From NCBI GenBank assembly GCA_031265845.1, contig JAISCC010000016.1:2763-66762 (forward strand): DNA of 64,000 bases. Reading direction: 5' to 3'. The stretch comes from Treponema sp. (GTDB lineage Bacteria; Spirochaetota; Spirochaetia; Treponematales; Breznakiellaceae). Below, piece by piece: positions 1 to 9,352 of the stretch (its first letter is position 1; each line of letters starts with the position of its first letter). The position numbers and the translations under genes were made by a program. The notes beneath the pieces were generated by a model. The model was not told the origin of the DNA and did no database searches. It saw only the letters and a program-made list of their open reading frames with translations.

Positions 1-132
1 CTGACTTCTCCGCAGCGACTCCACCAGATTGCAACGCCAACGGAAAACAAGGTGGATGTTAAGGCGATGCGCCAGATTGAACCGGTGGAATTCAAACGAC
101 CGCCAAATGCCGGCGCCAATGAAGGCATGTAG
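1..132 (+). CDS. 3' end of an unidentified CDS entering from upstream (partial)
   Basis: Frame 1 is open from the window edge to TAG at 130-132 (...ATPTENKVDVKAMRQIEPVEFKRPPNAGANEGM*). No recognisable motif. Confidence 0.25.
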   Translation: MTSPQRLHQIATPTENKVDVKAMRQIEPVEFKRPPNAGANEGM

Positions 133-141
133 AACAATACC

Positions 142-2055
142 ATGAAAAGCAAGCGAAGTCCGCTTTTGAAAGCGTTTTCAAAAGCGCTTTCAAAAGGCGT
201 CTTGTCCAACTATAAAACCCTCATTCCCTATCTGTACCGTTACCGCTTTCAATATATAGCGGGCTTTGTCTGTCTCCTCATCGTTGACGCGGCGCAGGTC
301 ATTATCCCGCTGTTCCTGCAACAAGCCATAGACAGCATTGTCGCGGGCGGTTTTACCGCCGGAACAATTATAAAGCCTGCGGTCGCTATGGTCGTTATGA
401 TGACGATTGTCAGCGGCGGGCGGTTTTTGTGGCGGTATTTCATACATGGCTCGGCGCGGCGCATTGAAACCGAAATGCGCGCGGCGCTTTTCGACCATTT
501 TCTTACGCTTTCCTACGATTTTTTCCAAAAAAACAAGATTGGCGACCTGCTTTCCCGTTCAACCAACGATCTTGACGCGGTGCGTGTCGCCATCGGCATG
601 GGGCTTGTCGCGCTGGTTGACGGAACCGTCATGGCGGTCTCTATTCTGGCGATCATCTTCATAAATGACGCCCATTCCGCGGCGCTCGCTATTATTCCCC
701 TGCCCCTCATCACGGCGCTGATCCTGCTGTTCGGCAATCTGGTCGGCAAGCGTTTCCAAAAGGCTCAGGAAGCCTATTCCGCCATGAGCGGCACGGTGCA
801 GGAAACCTTCGCCGGCATCCGCGTGGTGAAATCTTTTGTCAAAGAATGGCATTTCATGCGGAAGTTCGCGGACACCAATGACGATTACCGCGCCGCGAAC
901 ATGGCGTTGGTAAAACTCTACGGCATTTTTTTCCCGCTGATCGGCTTTTTTTCAGGATTAACTTCTATTATATTGCTGGGCGCGGGCGGCGTTCGTGTCA
1001 TCCAGGGCGCTATGACGCCTGGACAGTTGACCGCCCTGTTCCGCTACTTTCAGATGCTAATCTGGCCGCTTATGGGCGCAGGCTTCATGGTGAATTTGAT
1101 ACAACGCGGCGCGGTGAGCCTTGGGCGCATAAACGAGGTGATGCATACGCACCCCCTCATCGCATCGCCGGCGCATCCTAAACAGCCGGGTGCCAATGTC
1201 CCGAATGCCAACGTTCCGCTCATAGAATTTCGCAACCTCACCTTCGCCTATGACGGACATGAGGAGCAGAGCGTCAAAAAACAGAATATACTCGAAAATA
1301 TCAACCTCACCATTGAGCGAGGAACATGGCTTGGCATACTGGGACGCACCGGCTCGGGAAAAACAAGCCTCGTGAAGGCGCTTGTACGCATGATAGAGCC
1401 GCCCGCAAATACGGTTTTTGTGAAAGGCGTTGACGTACGGGACTGGGACTTGAAAGAGTTGCGCCGTCTTGTCGCCGTTACGCCGCAAGATTCCTATCTC
1501 TTTTCCGATTCCATAAGACAAAACATAGCGTATGGACTTGAAGACGCTCAAGGTGGCGCCGAAACTGACGCCGCAACCGAAAAAATAGAAAAAGCCGTTT
1601 CCTTGTCCGCCATCGACAAGGATCTCGCAAATTTCGCGGATGGCTTGGACACTATCATCGGGGAGCGGGGACTGACGCTTTCCGGCGGGCAGAAGCAACG
1701 GGTCTCCATTTCTCGCGCAGTCATAAAAGACAGCGAAGTTCTCATTTTAGACGACGCGCTTTCCGCAGTGGACGCTGAAACCGAGCAAAAAATACTCTCG
1801 CAGCTTCTGGAAACAAGGCGGAAGGTGGATTCTGCGCGGATCGGCGCACAAAACGGGAGACAGCCCACGGTCATCATTATTTCCCATCGCATCTCAACGC
1901 TCTGCAACGCGGACAAGGCGCTGGTGCTGGACGAAGGGCGCATCACGGAATACGGAACGCCAGCGGAACTCATCGCACATAACGGCTTCTACGCCAAAAC
2001 TGCGGCGTTGCAACAGTTGGAGCGGCAGGACGGCATGAAGCAGAGGTTAGATTAG
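142..2055 (+). CDS. ABC transporter, fused permease/ATP-binding exporter (MsbA/multidrug type)
   Basis: 637 aa. N-terminal multi-TM domain, Walker A GRTGSGKTS, signature LSGGQKQR, Walker B LILDDALSAVD. Confidence 0.85.
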   Translation: MKSKRSPLLKAFSKALSKGVLSNYKTLIPYLYRYRFQYIAGFVCLLIVDAAQVIIPLFLQQAIDSIVAGGFTAGTIIKPAVAMVVMMTIVSGGRFLWRYFIHGSARRIETEMRAALFDHFLTLSYDFFQKNKIGDLLSRSTNDLDAVRVAIGMGLVALVDGTVMAVSILAIIFINDAHSAALAIIPLPLITALILLFGNLVGKRFQKAQEAYSAMSGTVQETFAGIRVVKSFVKEWHFMRKFADTNDDYRAANMALVKLYGIFFPLIGFFSGLTSIILLGAGGVRVIQGAMTPGQLTALFRYFQMLIWPLMGAGFMVNLIQRGAVSLGRINEVMHTHPLIASPAHPKQPGANVPNANVPLIEFRNLTFAYDGHEEQSVKKQNILENINLTIERGTWLGILGRTGSGKTSLVKALVRMIEPPANTVFVKGVDVRDWDLKELRRLVAVTPQDSYLFSDSIRQNIAYGLEDAQGGAETDAATEKIEKAVSLSAIDKDLANFADGLDTIIGERGLTLSGGQKQRVSISRAVIKDSEVLILDDALSAVDAETEQKILSQLLETRRKVDSARIGAQNGRQPTVIIISHRISTLCNADKALVLDEGRITEYGTPAELIAHNGFYAKTAALQQLERQDGMKQRLD

Positions 2056-2129
2056 CGGTTTGAAGCCAACTCAAAGGTTCTCGCCATATCAGCGCAACGC
2101 GCCACGCCGCGCAAACGGGTTCCTGGGTG

Positions 2130-2690
2130 TGAATAATCTGCAAAGAAAAAATTTGGAGATGATCTACAAAGTACGATGAGCCTTAAACGAAGCCGTAATT
2201 GATGTAAAAAAACGCCATATCACACGCTTTCCAGTCGTTGTACAGCTTCTTCGAGAAACAATAGTCCCCGCAAAAGACCCGTCGTATCCTACGCCTCATC
2301 CGGCCGCCGCCCTCCTCTTTCCCGCTTTACGCCGCGATTCCCCCGCTTTCCCGGTGACACGCTAGACAAGCCATATTTCGCTCTTCTTTTTCCCTGCATA
2401 CGTCCAAAACTCGTCCGCTTCAAGACCATAGCGGGAAAACCAGAGGGTTATTATATATTCGGCTGATGCGAGCGCTTTGGCGGCGCTGATTATCAGTACG
2501 GCGCGACATCCCGTATGCCGACTCCCCGGACGAGCGTAATTTTGACCAGTCCGGCTATCCCGGAAAGGCGCCCCCGGCGGGTTGTCTCATGGTTGCCGAT
2601 GAACTGTCGTCCGCGATCTTTACAACCGAAAAAAATTCTTCTCGCCTTCACCACTTGACTTTTTTCTTGTTTCATGCTACAAATAGTCAA
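2130..2690 (-). pseudogene. IS1-family-like transposase remnant (multiple frameshifts and stops)
   Basis: Minus-strand fragments in different frames: ...GVGIRDVA..., VLIISAAKALASAEYIITLWFSRYGLEADEFWTYAGKKKSEIWLV*, ...LYNDWKACDM.... The DE(F/M)W-x-(Y/F)-x-GKKK block is typical of IS1-type transposases. Boundaries approximate. Confidence 0.4.
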
Positions 2691-2702
2691 GTCAAGAAGA
2701 GG

Positions 2703-2776
2703 GGGCCTTTAGCTCAGTTGGTCAGAGCTGCGGACTCATAATCCGTCGGTCCTTGGTTCAAGTCCAAGAAGGCCCA
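2703..2776 (+). tRNA. tRNA with CAT anticodon (elongator Met, or lysidine-modified Ile2)
   Basis: Cloverleaf read by hand: acceptor GGGCCTT/AAGGCCC, D-arm GCTC-AGTTGGTCA-GAGC, anticodon loop CTCATAA, T-arm CTTGG-TTCAAGT-CCAAG, discriminator A. The anticodon stem lacks the three G-C pairs of an initiator. Confidence 0.85.
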
Positions 2777-2833
2777 AGTTGTAAGTTCTTGTAACATAAG
2801 AGTTGCGGAGTGGCTTGCGAAAGTGTGTGTTTA

Positions 2834-3029
2834 ATGGCGGGGGTAGGAAAAGAAAGTTCGGGAAGTCCTAAAGCGGCATGGGTTTGTTTTTCACCATCAT
2901 GGCAGAGGCGATCATGACATATGGTTCAAAGTCTCCGCCAATATCAAAGTGACAGTTGACGGGAAAATAAAATCCCGGCACATGGCGAACCAAATTATGA
3001 AAGAGGCGGGGATAGATTATCACTTTTGA
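2834..3029 (+). pseudogene. HicA-family toxin, start separated from the body by a frameshift
   Basis: ATG at 2834 reads MAGVGKESS... and stops early. The adjacent frame gives EKKVREVLKRHGFVFHHHGRGDHDIWFKVSANIKVTVDGKIKSRHMANQIMKEAGIDYHF* (HicA-like GDHDIW ... ILKQAGI pattern) but has no in-frame start after a TAG. Confidence 0.5.
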
Positions 3030-3120
3030 GACAGCCATTCAAGATGGCGGCGACGGGGAGAAGATATGACCGCCAGAACATGCGGGGTGGGAAGTTTGCA
3101 GTTTGCAATTCCCTAGTACC

Positions 3121-3225
3121 ATGCAAACTCGCAAACCACATCTATCTCCACCCACGGGCAGAAGCGATCATGACGTGTGGCTAAAGTCTCCTACCAGATC
3201 AATGAAGATGAACGGAAGCAAATAA
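3121..3225 (+). pseudogene. Second, more degraded HicA-like remnant
   Basis: MQTRKPHLSPPTGRSDHDVWLKSPTRSMKMNGSK*. DNA at 3157-3202 is a diverged direct repeat of 2901-2947 (GGCAGArGCGATCATGACrTrTGG...AAAGTCTCC). Confidence 0.3.
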
Positions 3226-3611
3226 GACTGCCTAACCTTTGGTTAGGCAGTCTTAAAAAAGGCGTAGCGAAACAATACACCCTTAAGGCGTTGAGTGGTG
3301 GTTTGTGGCGAAGGATGTGTGCGGCATACTGGGGATAAACAATGCGTCGCAAGCCCTCGCGGATTTTCCTGAAAGCGAGAAGGATACCCTCATTGGTAAT
3401 GAGGTATAGCCAAAAGCGCTTCTATGCCTTAATGCGGGGTACAAACACCCTCCATGAGCGCAGTAGAAGCCCGTAGAGAGGCGCAAACCGCCCCGGACGG
3501 CGGCCACCAAGGGCCTTGAACCGCCGCTATCCGACGATTTTGAGGATCGCATTTTTATCATACCCACTTGTCATATCCGCAGACTGCCATTTGCAACTTT
3601 TTATATTACAA

Positions 3612-3785
3612 TTACTTACAAACACTAAACAGATAGCATATCCGCGCTAGTACGCCAGTCTGCACATTCTCTCCTTTGGCAAGTTTCGCAACGCTTGCGG
3701 CGTTTATCCTTGCGGCGCGCTGTAAATCGCCCTTGTTCATATTCTTGTCTATCAGCAAGCGCTATAATTTCTTATAGCTCATCAT
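3612..3785 (-). pseudogene. XRE/Cro-C1-type HTH regulator with an in-frame TAG at codon 8
   Basis: Reads MMSYKKL*RLLIDKNMNKGDLQRAARINAASVAKLAKGENVQTGVLARICYLFSVCK*. The family normally has KLWKLLIDK, so TGG->TAG at 3762-3764 is the simplest explanation. Confidence 0.6.
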
Positions 3786-4005
3786 TGCGCTGTTCCTCCA
3801 ATTCGAGCCACTGCGACCTAATACCGCTTATTCTAACATATTCGAAATCGTTTGCCACTATTTTCTTTACAAACTCGTAAACCAATTTTACTGATGCTAA
3901 TTCACCCCATGCGGCTGCAGCGCGTCTTACTGGCTTATGGGACTTTTTAATATTTGTTTGAAAATACGCTTGACAAAACTCGTTCGATTTCGACCCATTC
4001 ACCAT
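3772..4005 (-). CDS. Small hypothetical ORF overlapping the start of the XRE pseudogene
   Basis: 77-aa ORF from the track. Its stop overlaps the XRE ATGATG, a toxin-antitoxin-like arrangement. No recognisable motif. Confidence 0.2.
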   Translation of the reverse strand: MVNGSKSNEFCQAYFQTNIKKSHKPVRRAAAAWGELASVKLVYEFVKKIVANDFEYVRISGIRSQWLELEEQRNDEL

Positions 4006-4450
4006 CTACAAATGGAATACAGATGAAGAAGTTGAATTTCTATAAATGATATGGAAAAAATCGGGAATTGACAGGGATTTAATAAAATATTCTGATATGA
4101 ATTTTATCAACAAATAATGGACATACAAACAAGTGAAAAACGGGGGGAAGGTTCGGCGCAGAAAACTCTCCGCTCTCATGCTGGAGAGAAGCGCATCTCA
4201 TAATGAAGAGATGCGCTTCTCGTGAAAAAGACTCCCGCATCTCTTTTCGGAGACTCCCGCATCTCGCAAGCAAATCCCTTGACGGCGCGGCGATGATGCC
4301 GGACGCGGACTTATGCGGCGCGGCCTGCGCCAGGATCGCCTCGCGTGATTCTGTCAAGTTTAGGACTTTGCTCCGGCGTATTTTTCCAGATTTTGGCAAA
4401 AGAATATTTTCAGGCGGGGCGGGTTCGCGTCTCATTGCCGGCGCGAAGCT

Positions 4451-5611
4451 CTATGAATCCATCGCCCATGAAATATCTCCCCGAAGATTCCCTCCCTGCA
4501 CGGTTTCACATATACTTTTAAATTCTTCCGCAACAGACATAAATACGTCAACGAGAACCGGATCAAAATGAGCGCCTTTTCCTTCTTTGATGATGGAGAC
4601 GGCTTTTTCATGCGGAAAGCCTTTTTTGTATGGGCGCGCTGAAATAAGCGCGTCATATACATCGGCTATCGCCATCAATCGTCCCTGAAGAGGTATGTCT
4701 TGGCCAACGAGTCCTAAAGGATAGCCGCTTCCGTTCCATTTTTCATGGTGAAAACCAGCGAAAATCTTCGCATGCCGCGTCAATTCATTGGGGCGCGTAT
4801 ACGCCTCAATGCGGTCAATGATGGTGTTTCCGTAATCGGTGTGCCGTTTCATGGCGTTGAATTCTTCATCGGTCAGCTTGCCAGGTTTTTGGAGAATGGC
4901 GTCGCTTATATAGATTTTACCCACATCGTGCAACTGTGAAGCCTGCACCACCATCTCAATATTCCAGTCAAGCGTTTGATCCGTGTAAATGTCTTTTTCC
5001 TGAAGCTTGTGCAGCAAGATGCCGATGCCGCTGCGCGTTCTTTCAATGTGTCCGCCGGTAACATCATCGCGGCATTCAACCATTTCCGCCATAACACTGA
5101 TAATGGCGGCTTGCAGTTCCCAGACCCTCTGCGATTCGGCTTCTATGAGTACGCTCATGTCTTTAACCATTTTTTGCAGATTGGCGTTGAAATTGTGGAA
5201 CGCCTGTTGTTGCTGCTCTATAGCCTGTTGTTGCGCCGATACAAATAATTGAGTCTCAACACGTTTGATTAAAACGGGTCCAAAAAACGGCTTGCAAACA
5301 TACCCAATAGCGGCGCTGTTTAACTTGGCGTGATATTTCGCCAAATCATAATTGTCAACAATAAAAAGAACGGGGATGCGCGCCACGCCCGGTTCTTTTG
5401 AGAGCATGTCAGCCGCGCCGAATCCATCAATTACCGGCATATTTACATCAATTAGAATTAAATGTGGATGCTGTGTTTTTAATATTTCAAGCATGCCTGC
5501 CGCCGAACTCGCGGTGCATACATCGTATCTATTCGTCAAAATGTTGCGGGCGTCCATTAAACTGGCAATATTGTCGTCAACTAGCATTATCAAAGATCGG
5601 CTATCGCTCAT
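4451..5611 (-). CDS. Response regulator, REC domain + HD-GYP phosphodiesterase domain
   Basis: N-terminal REC (LMLVDDN...ILIDVNMP), then HDVGK and HHEKWNGSGYPLGL motifs. Confidence 0.85.
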   Translation of the reverse strand: MSDSRSLIMLVDDNIASLMDARNILTNRYDVCTASSAAGMLEILKTQHPHLILIDVNMPVIDGFGAADMLSKEPGVARIPVLFIVDNYDLAKYHAKLNSAAIGYVCKPFFGPVLIKRVETQLFVSAQQQAIEQQQQAFHNFNANLQKMVKDMSVLIEAESQRVWELQAAIISVMAEMVECRDDVTGGHIERTRSGIGILLHKLQEKDIYTDQTLDWNIEMVVQASQLHDVGKIYISDAILQKPGKLTDEEFNAMKRHTDYGNTIIDRIEAYTRPNELTRHAKIFAGFHHEKWNGSGYPLGLVGQDIPLQGRLMAIADVYDALISARPYKKGFPHEKAVSIIKEGKGAHFDPVLVDVFMSVAEEFKSICETVQGGNLRGDISWAMDS

Positions 5612-5808
5612 GATGCCTCCTTACCTTTAAAACAGGATTAGTTTACCATAATTGAATATTTTTTTCAACATTAGAATTGTGAGAAGAAAAACACTCTGGG
5701 ATGGTTTTCCCTCACAGTCAGTTTTGAACCAACCCGAACATAGGTCCGCGCTAATGAAACCCATTCAAAGCCCTTGACTTCAATAGCGTTACGGTTTATT
5801 GTAACGCT

Positions 5809-8460
5809 ATGAATTATATTGATCTTCCGGTATATAGACACAAAGACCGCATACTTTCCGCGCTCGAATCCGATCAGGTGGTTGTTGTGGAAAGCCCCAC
5901 GGGTTCGGGCAAGACAACCCAACTGCCGGTTATCCTGTACGAAGCGGGATACGGCGAGCGCGGCGTTATCGGCGTTACTCAGCCGCGGCGCATCGCCGCG
6001 CTTTCGGTGAGCGAGTTCATCGCAAAACAGACTGGCGCAACCTTGCCCGGCGGGGAAAATCCGGGTGTCGTGGGCTACAAGATGCGCTTTGAAGACAGGA
6101 CGGATAGTTCCACAAAGATAAAAATAATGACCGATGGCATCCTGCTTCAGGAAATGAAGCTTGATCCGTGGCTTTCCAGATATGGCTGCATTATTATTGA
6201 CGAGGCGCACGAGCGCAGCCTCAACATAGATTTCATATTGGGGTTGTTGAAACGAGTTTTGGATATCCGCACGGAATTCAAGGTGATCGTGTCATCCGCG
6301 ACGATCAACGCGCAGGTCTTTTCAGAATATTTTGGGGAATGTCCGGTGGTTAAAATAGACGCGGTTTCCTATCCGGTGCAGGTCATATACGAGCCGCCGC
6401 CTTTGCCGCAAAGCAAGAGCAAGCGGGAATTTTCAAGAGAGAAGTTTGGCGCCCAGAAAGCGCAGAATACTGGCGCGGCGCCCGCAGCGTTTTCCGATCC
6501 CGCGCTTGCGAAAATTGTCGCCATTATGGATCGTATCACTGGCGAAGGGCGCGAAGGCGATGTACTCATTTTCCTGTCCGGTGAAAAAGCCATCAAGGAC
6601 TGTATGGCGCATCTGTATGGCGCTCCTTTCGCATCAAAGCTCCACATCGTGCCGTTGTACGGGAGGCTTGGCAAGGAGGAGCAAGAGCGGGTTTTTGAAC
6701 CCGCTCCCATAGGAAAGATCAAGACCGTGATTTCGACGAATATTGCGGAAACTTCGGTTACGATTGACGGGATAACCACGGTGATTGATTCGGGATTTTC
6801 AAAACTCAATTTCTACAACCCCAACACCTACACGTCGAGTCTTGTCGAAGGTCCCGTGTCAAAGGCTTCCGCGAATCAACGGAAAGGCAGGGCGGGGCGC
6901 ACCCGGGAAGGCGTCTGTTACCGGCTCTATTCGCCCAAGGACTTTGACCGGCGCCCGCTCTTTACCACTGAGGAAATCTACCGTACGGACCTTTCCGAGG
7001 TGATACTCCGCATGTCCGATCTGGGGGTCACCGAATTTGAGGAATTTGACTTTATTTCGCCGCCGGTTCACGAAGGAATTGTCGCTGCCATTGAGACGCT
7101 GAACCTGCTTGACGCGCTTGAGCCGGATCGCACTCTGTCCAAGATCGGCAAGATGATGACGGAATTCCCCCTTTCACCCCGCCAGTCGCGTATCATCGTG
7201 GAGTCCATTCTAAAGCGCCCGCAGGTGGTTGAAGAGACCCTTGTCGCCGCCGCGTTTCTTTCATCTCAAAGCCCGTACATCCTGCCTCCGGGCGAGGAAT
7301 TCGAAGCTCGCCACGCCCACCACCGGTTCCGCGATCCAAACGGCGATTTTGTTTCCTATCTTACGTTGTACCATGAGTACCGGAGCGTTGCCGGCGGAGC
7401 CGCAGGCAGGGCGCATTTTTGCGAGAAAAATTACCTTGATTCAAAATCAATGGCTGAAATTGTCAACATCGTGGACCAGCTTGGCGAAATCACCGCCGGT
7501 ATGGGGGTGCCGGCGCTGAGCGGCGGTCCTATTGAGGATTATTTATGTTGTATAGCGCAGGGTATGATCCAGTTTGTGTGCGTCCGCGACGACTGGGATT
7601 CCGAAACGTACAGCAGCCTCACCGAAGACGGCATTATCATTCATCCGGGTTCCGTGATGTTTAAAAGCGAGCCGAAGTACATTGTTGCGGGCGAAATTGT
7701 CAGAACCAGCCGCATGTACGCCATGTCGGTTTCTCCGCTTTCGTCGGCGACGCTTGCACGGATAAGCGAGGATCTGTTTGTCGCGTTAGGCGGAGACATG
7801 GCGAAACTTGGAAAGCCGGTGGCGAAATCCGGAAAGTTGCGGAAAGGATGCAAGCAGGTTCCGGGGCAAAAGACCGGAGATCGCGCTGGCGCGCATAGCG
7901 TCAAAATCGGAAGCGAAACCTTTGAAGTGAAGACGGTTAAAAAGCGAAGAACGGCGTCTCTTCAATGGGAAAAAGTCGCAAAGATCAAAGACTCCATACC
8001 AGAGATGAACCTTAAGCCTTTTAGGGATATACGGGGGCATCTTGTTCTGAAAGACGGTTGGGCCATCTGTCATAACGAACGGCTTGACCGCATTCTGTCT
8101 TTTATCCCTTTTATCGATCTCAATGACAATGTGATAAGCGTGGCGCTGGTGAGAGCGTGTCCCGATAAAACATATAATTCCCGTGAGCGTCTGCCGGATT
8201 TGCTCGAATGTTTCCCCCTGCTGACACTTCTTTGTCCCATGAAAAAGGGCAAGGCGAAAATACTGGGTTTTATCAGCCTGAATACGGATCACAACGGCAA
8301 TTACTGGTTTTCCTGCCGGAAAAATTTTTCCGCCTGCGTCAACAGAAGCCTTGCGGCGCTGGAAGACCTTATCGACGAGTTGGACGAGACAGTTGATATT
8401 AGCGTGAAGGCAGTCATCAACGAGACGTATAGACGGCTGAGCGTTTCGGGTTTCGCATGA
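5809..8460 (+). CDS. hrpA: DEAH-box ATP-dependent helicase, HrpA/HrpB family
   Basis: GSGKTTQLP Walker A, DEAHERS, SATINA, TNIAETSVTI, QRKGRAGR motifs. 883 aa. Confidence 0.8.
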   Translation: MNYIDLPVYRHKDRILSALESDQVVVVESPTGSGKTTQLPVILYEAGYGERGVIGVTQPRRIAALSVSEFIAKQTGATLPGGENPGVVGYKMRFEDRTDSSTKIKIMTDGILLQEMKLDPWLSRYGCIIIDEAHERSLNIDFILGLLKRVLDIRTEFKVIVSSATINAQVFSEYFGECPVVKIDAVSYPVQVIYEPPPLPQSKSKREFSREKFGAQKAQNTGAAPAAFSDPALAKIVAIMDRITGEGREGDVLIFLSGEKAIKDCMAHLYGAPFASKLHIVPLYGRLGKEEQERVFEPAPIGKIKTVISTNIAETSVTIDGITTVIDSGFSKLNFYNPNTYTSSLVEGPVSKASANQRKGRAGRTREGVCYRLYSPKDFDRRPLFTTEEIYRTDLSEVILRMSDLGVTEFEEFDFISPPVHEGIVAAIETLNLLDALEPDRTLSKIGKMMTEFPLSPRQSRIIVESILKRPQVVEETLVAAAFLSSQSPYILPPGEEFEARHAHHRFRDPNGDFVSYLTLYHEYRSVAGGAAGRAHFCEKNYLDSKSMAEIVNIVDQLGEITAGMGVPALSGGPIEDYLCCIAQGMIQFVCVRDDWDSETYSSLTEDGIIIHPGSVMFKSEPKYIVAGEIVRTSRMYAMSVSPLSSATLARISEDLFVALGGDMAKLGKPVAKSGKLRKGCKQVPGQKTGDRAGAHSVKIGSETFEVKTVKKRRTASLQWEKVAKIKDSIPEMNLKPFRDIRGHLVLKDGWAICHNERLDRILSFIPFIDLNDNVISVALVRACPDKTYNSRERLPDLLECFPLLTLLCPMKKGKAKILGFISLNTDHNGNYWFSCRKNFSACVNRSLAALEDLIDELDETVDISVKAVINETYRRLSVSGFA

Positions 8461-8534
8461 GCCATTTCTCACTATATAGCGCCGATTTGTGAACCTCCTC
8501 GCCTTGAAGTCTAAACTTGACCCACTAAGTCGGC

Positions 8535-8579
8535 GGTGTCAGACACCAAAACATTTTTGGCAAGTCGGCGTCTGACGCC
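8535..8579. repeat. Two tandem REP-like palindromes upstream of the RAYT gene
   Basis: AAGTCGGCGGTGTCAGACACCAAA (palindrome at 8535-8547), then AAGTCGGCGTCTGACGCCAAA (compensated palindrome GGCGTC-T-GACGCC at 8567-8579). Confidence 0.7.
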
Positions 8580-8613
8580 AAAGCAATTTGCATGACAATC
8601 TCTTATTATAAGT

Positions 8614-9123
8614 ATGAGAAGTTTGCGAACGCTCCACGACGGAGCGACCTACCATGTCACGTCGAAAATTGACCATGACGACATGGCTCTGCTTGAGCCG
8701 CGATTCAAGGCGCTGTTCCTCTCCTTCGTCAAAAAGGCGAAAGGGAAGTTCGACTTCCGCTTATGGGATTTCTGCATTATGGGAAATCATATTCATTTCC
8801 TGATAAAGCCGGGCAAAGATGGCAATCTGTCAAAGATAATGCAATGGATAAAATGCAACTTCGCCAAAGCGTGGAACAAGATGAACGGGCGCAAGGGGCA
8901 TGTGTGGGGGGAGCGGTTCTATTCACGCGTAATCAATGGGATAAGGGACTTTTTGAGGGTGCGGGAGTACATAGCGGAGAATCCGGTGAAGGCGGGGCTT
9001 GCGGAGCGGGCGGCGGAGTGGGCGTTCGGGAGCTTGTATCACCGGTTGCACAGACGCTCCGGTTTATTGGACGACGCAGTGTCAGACACTTTTGACGGCG
9101 CTTTTGACGGCGCGGAGCTATGA
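8614..9123 (+). CDS. REP-associated tyrosine transposase (RAYT) / IS200-like Y1 transposase
   Basis: HUH motif HIHFLI and catalytic-Tyr region HVWGERFYSRVI, then YIAENPVKAGL, a COG1943-type layout. 169 aa. A compensated palindrome AGTGTCAGACACT lies at 9078-9090 inside the 3' end. Confidence 0.75.
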   Translation: MRSLRTLHDGATYHVTSKIDHDDMALLEPRFKALFLSFVKKAKGKFDFRLWDFCIMGNHIHFLIKPGKDGNLSKIMQWIKCNFAKAWNKMNGRKGHVWGERFYSRVINGIRDFLRVREYIAENPVKAGLAERAAEWAFGSLYHRLHRRSGLLDDAVSDTFDGAFDGAEL

Positions 9124-9352
9124 GTTAAATCCTATCGTTTGTTGGTCAAGTTTAGCTTGAAGGGCGGGGGTAGTACGCTCACTGTCAACAAGCCAAATTT
9201 TATCTGCGGATTACGCAACTTGCGCCATGCATGGCATCGCAGATTTAAGAGGGATTTTCGTATAAAAATCTGTGTAATCCGTGAAAATTCGCAGCCTCTT
9301 GGCTCATCTTCGCTTAAGAGGCGAAGAACCTTCGTCCTTTTCACTCTTTTCA

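Larger units (their letters stand above)
8497..9169. mobile_element. RAYT unit: Y1-transposase gene bracketed by ~27-bp imperfect inverted repeats and REP-like palindromes
   Basis: Left CCTCGCCTTGAAGTCTAAACTTGACCCA (8497-8524) is the reverse complement, with about 3 mismatches and 1 indel, of right TTGGTCAAGTTTAGCTTGAAGGGCGGGG (9142-9169). Confidence 0.6.

Noticed and set aside
3283-3600. Possible structured ncRNA (retron, group II intron or similar) in the GC-rich stretch next to the HicA remnants
   Set aside because: I could not recognise any conserved ncRNA signature (for example a group II domain V) or a convincing fold by eye. It is more likely further gene debris.
3762-3764. TAG recoding (alternative genetic code or pyrrolysine) in the XRE gene
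   Set aside because: TAG clearly terminates well-supported genes here, for example the ABC exporter at 2053-2055 and P1 at 34579-34581. A point mutation is the simpler explanation.
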